Source of the DNA: a virus
Lineage: Duplodnaviria; Heunggongvirae; Uroviricota; Caudoviricetes
Direction: 5' to 3' (one strand)
Virus record (IMG/VR): IMGVR_UViG_2531839030_000007
Length of the DNA stretch: 7,233 nt
Under the pieces are notes generated by a model. That model made no database searches and had not been told where the DNA came from. It saw only the letters and a program-made list of their open reading frames with translations. Both the position numbers and the translations under genes were made by a program. Below are positions 6,951 to 7,233 of the stretch, piece after piece (position 1 is the stretch's first letter; every line of letters starts with the position of its first letter).

Positions 6951-7161
6951 AGCTTCAGCCCCTTGTATCCGTTAAATGATTCGGCAACAATCATCACCCA
7001 CCACGCGCGTAATCTCACCCCTGCGCCGTTCTCCCGCCACGGCGACAACAAAAAGCAGTAACCCCCTCCGCACGCACATGCGACCATGCCGCACAGGGAG
7101 GGAACAGATGACCGACACCACCATGCAATTGCTCAGTCAGGGCACAGACCACGTGAAAGTT

Positions 7162-7233
7162 TGTTCGCCTTAACCATCCTGATATTTGCTCTGGAGACCA
7201 TTTCATCTCCAGCTTTTCCAGAACAAGCTTTCG
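7162..7233 (-). mobile_element. Internal fragment of an IS30-family transposase gene, truncated at about 7161; continues beyond the window end
   Basis: The minus-strand frame running through 7233..7162 encodes RKLVLEKLEMKWSPEQISGWLRRT, which matches the IS30 transposase segment (…LRKLVLEKLEMKWSPEQISGWLRRTKPRQK…) as I recall it, including the WSPEQISG hallmark. Below 7162 the frame continues as NFHVVCALTEQ…, which is unrelated, and no other frame continues the IS30 sequence. Confidence 0.6.

Noticed and set aside
7108-7173. 21-codon plus-strand ORF (MTDTTMQLLSQGTDHVKVCSP) with a strong AGGGAGG ribosome-binding site 5 nt upstream
   Set aside because: Its last codons and stop cross the IS30 junction at about 7162, so the reading frame is a chance product of the rearrangement. 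There is no family resemblance and it is too short to assess.
7015-7206. 63-codon minus-strand ORF
   Set aside because: Only its first 15 codons are real, as an internal part of the IS30 transposase. The rest is Cys/Arg/Gly-rich read-through into unrelated DNA. It is not an independent gene.
7191-7219. 7-bp inverted repeat CTGGAGA/TCTCCAG followed by CTTTTCC, resembling a terminator
   Set aside because: It lies inside the IS30 transposase coding sequence (it encodes LEMKWSP on the minus strand), so the symmetry comes from coding sequence, and the U-tract is poor.

Overview
This 7.2-kb window is a decayed P2-like prophage tail module on the minus strand, bracketed by insertion-sequence ends. 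The tail genes are sheath FI, tube FII, chaperone E/E' with a canonical -1 slippery heptamer, a tape measure T split into two frames, and gpU. At the left edge an IS3-family (IS629-like) end interrupts a tail-fibre-assembly (tfa) gene at about position 73/74; at the right edge a fragment of an IS30-family transposase gene starts at about 7162. The most interesting part is a roughly 770-bp AT-rich cassette (607..1378) sitting where P2 would carry gpD/ogr. It has its own near-consensus sigma70 promoter, a strong Shine-Dalgarno, a WcaB/CysE-like hexapeptide-repeat acetyltransferase gene and a bidirectional terminator. That makes it a candidate lysogen-expressed moron for surface-polysaccharide modification or phage exclusion, and the best candidate here for an undescribed accessory function. 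No rRNA, tRNA or CRISPR array was seen. All protein-family calls are from reading the supplied translations and from recalled family signatures; no database search was run.
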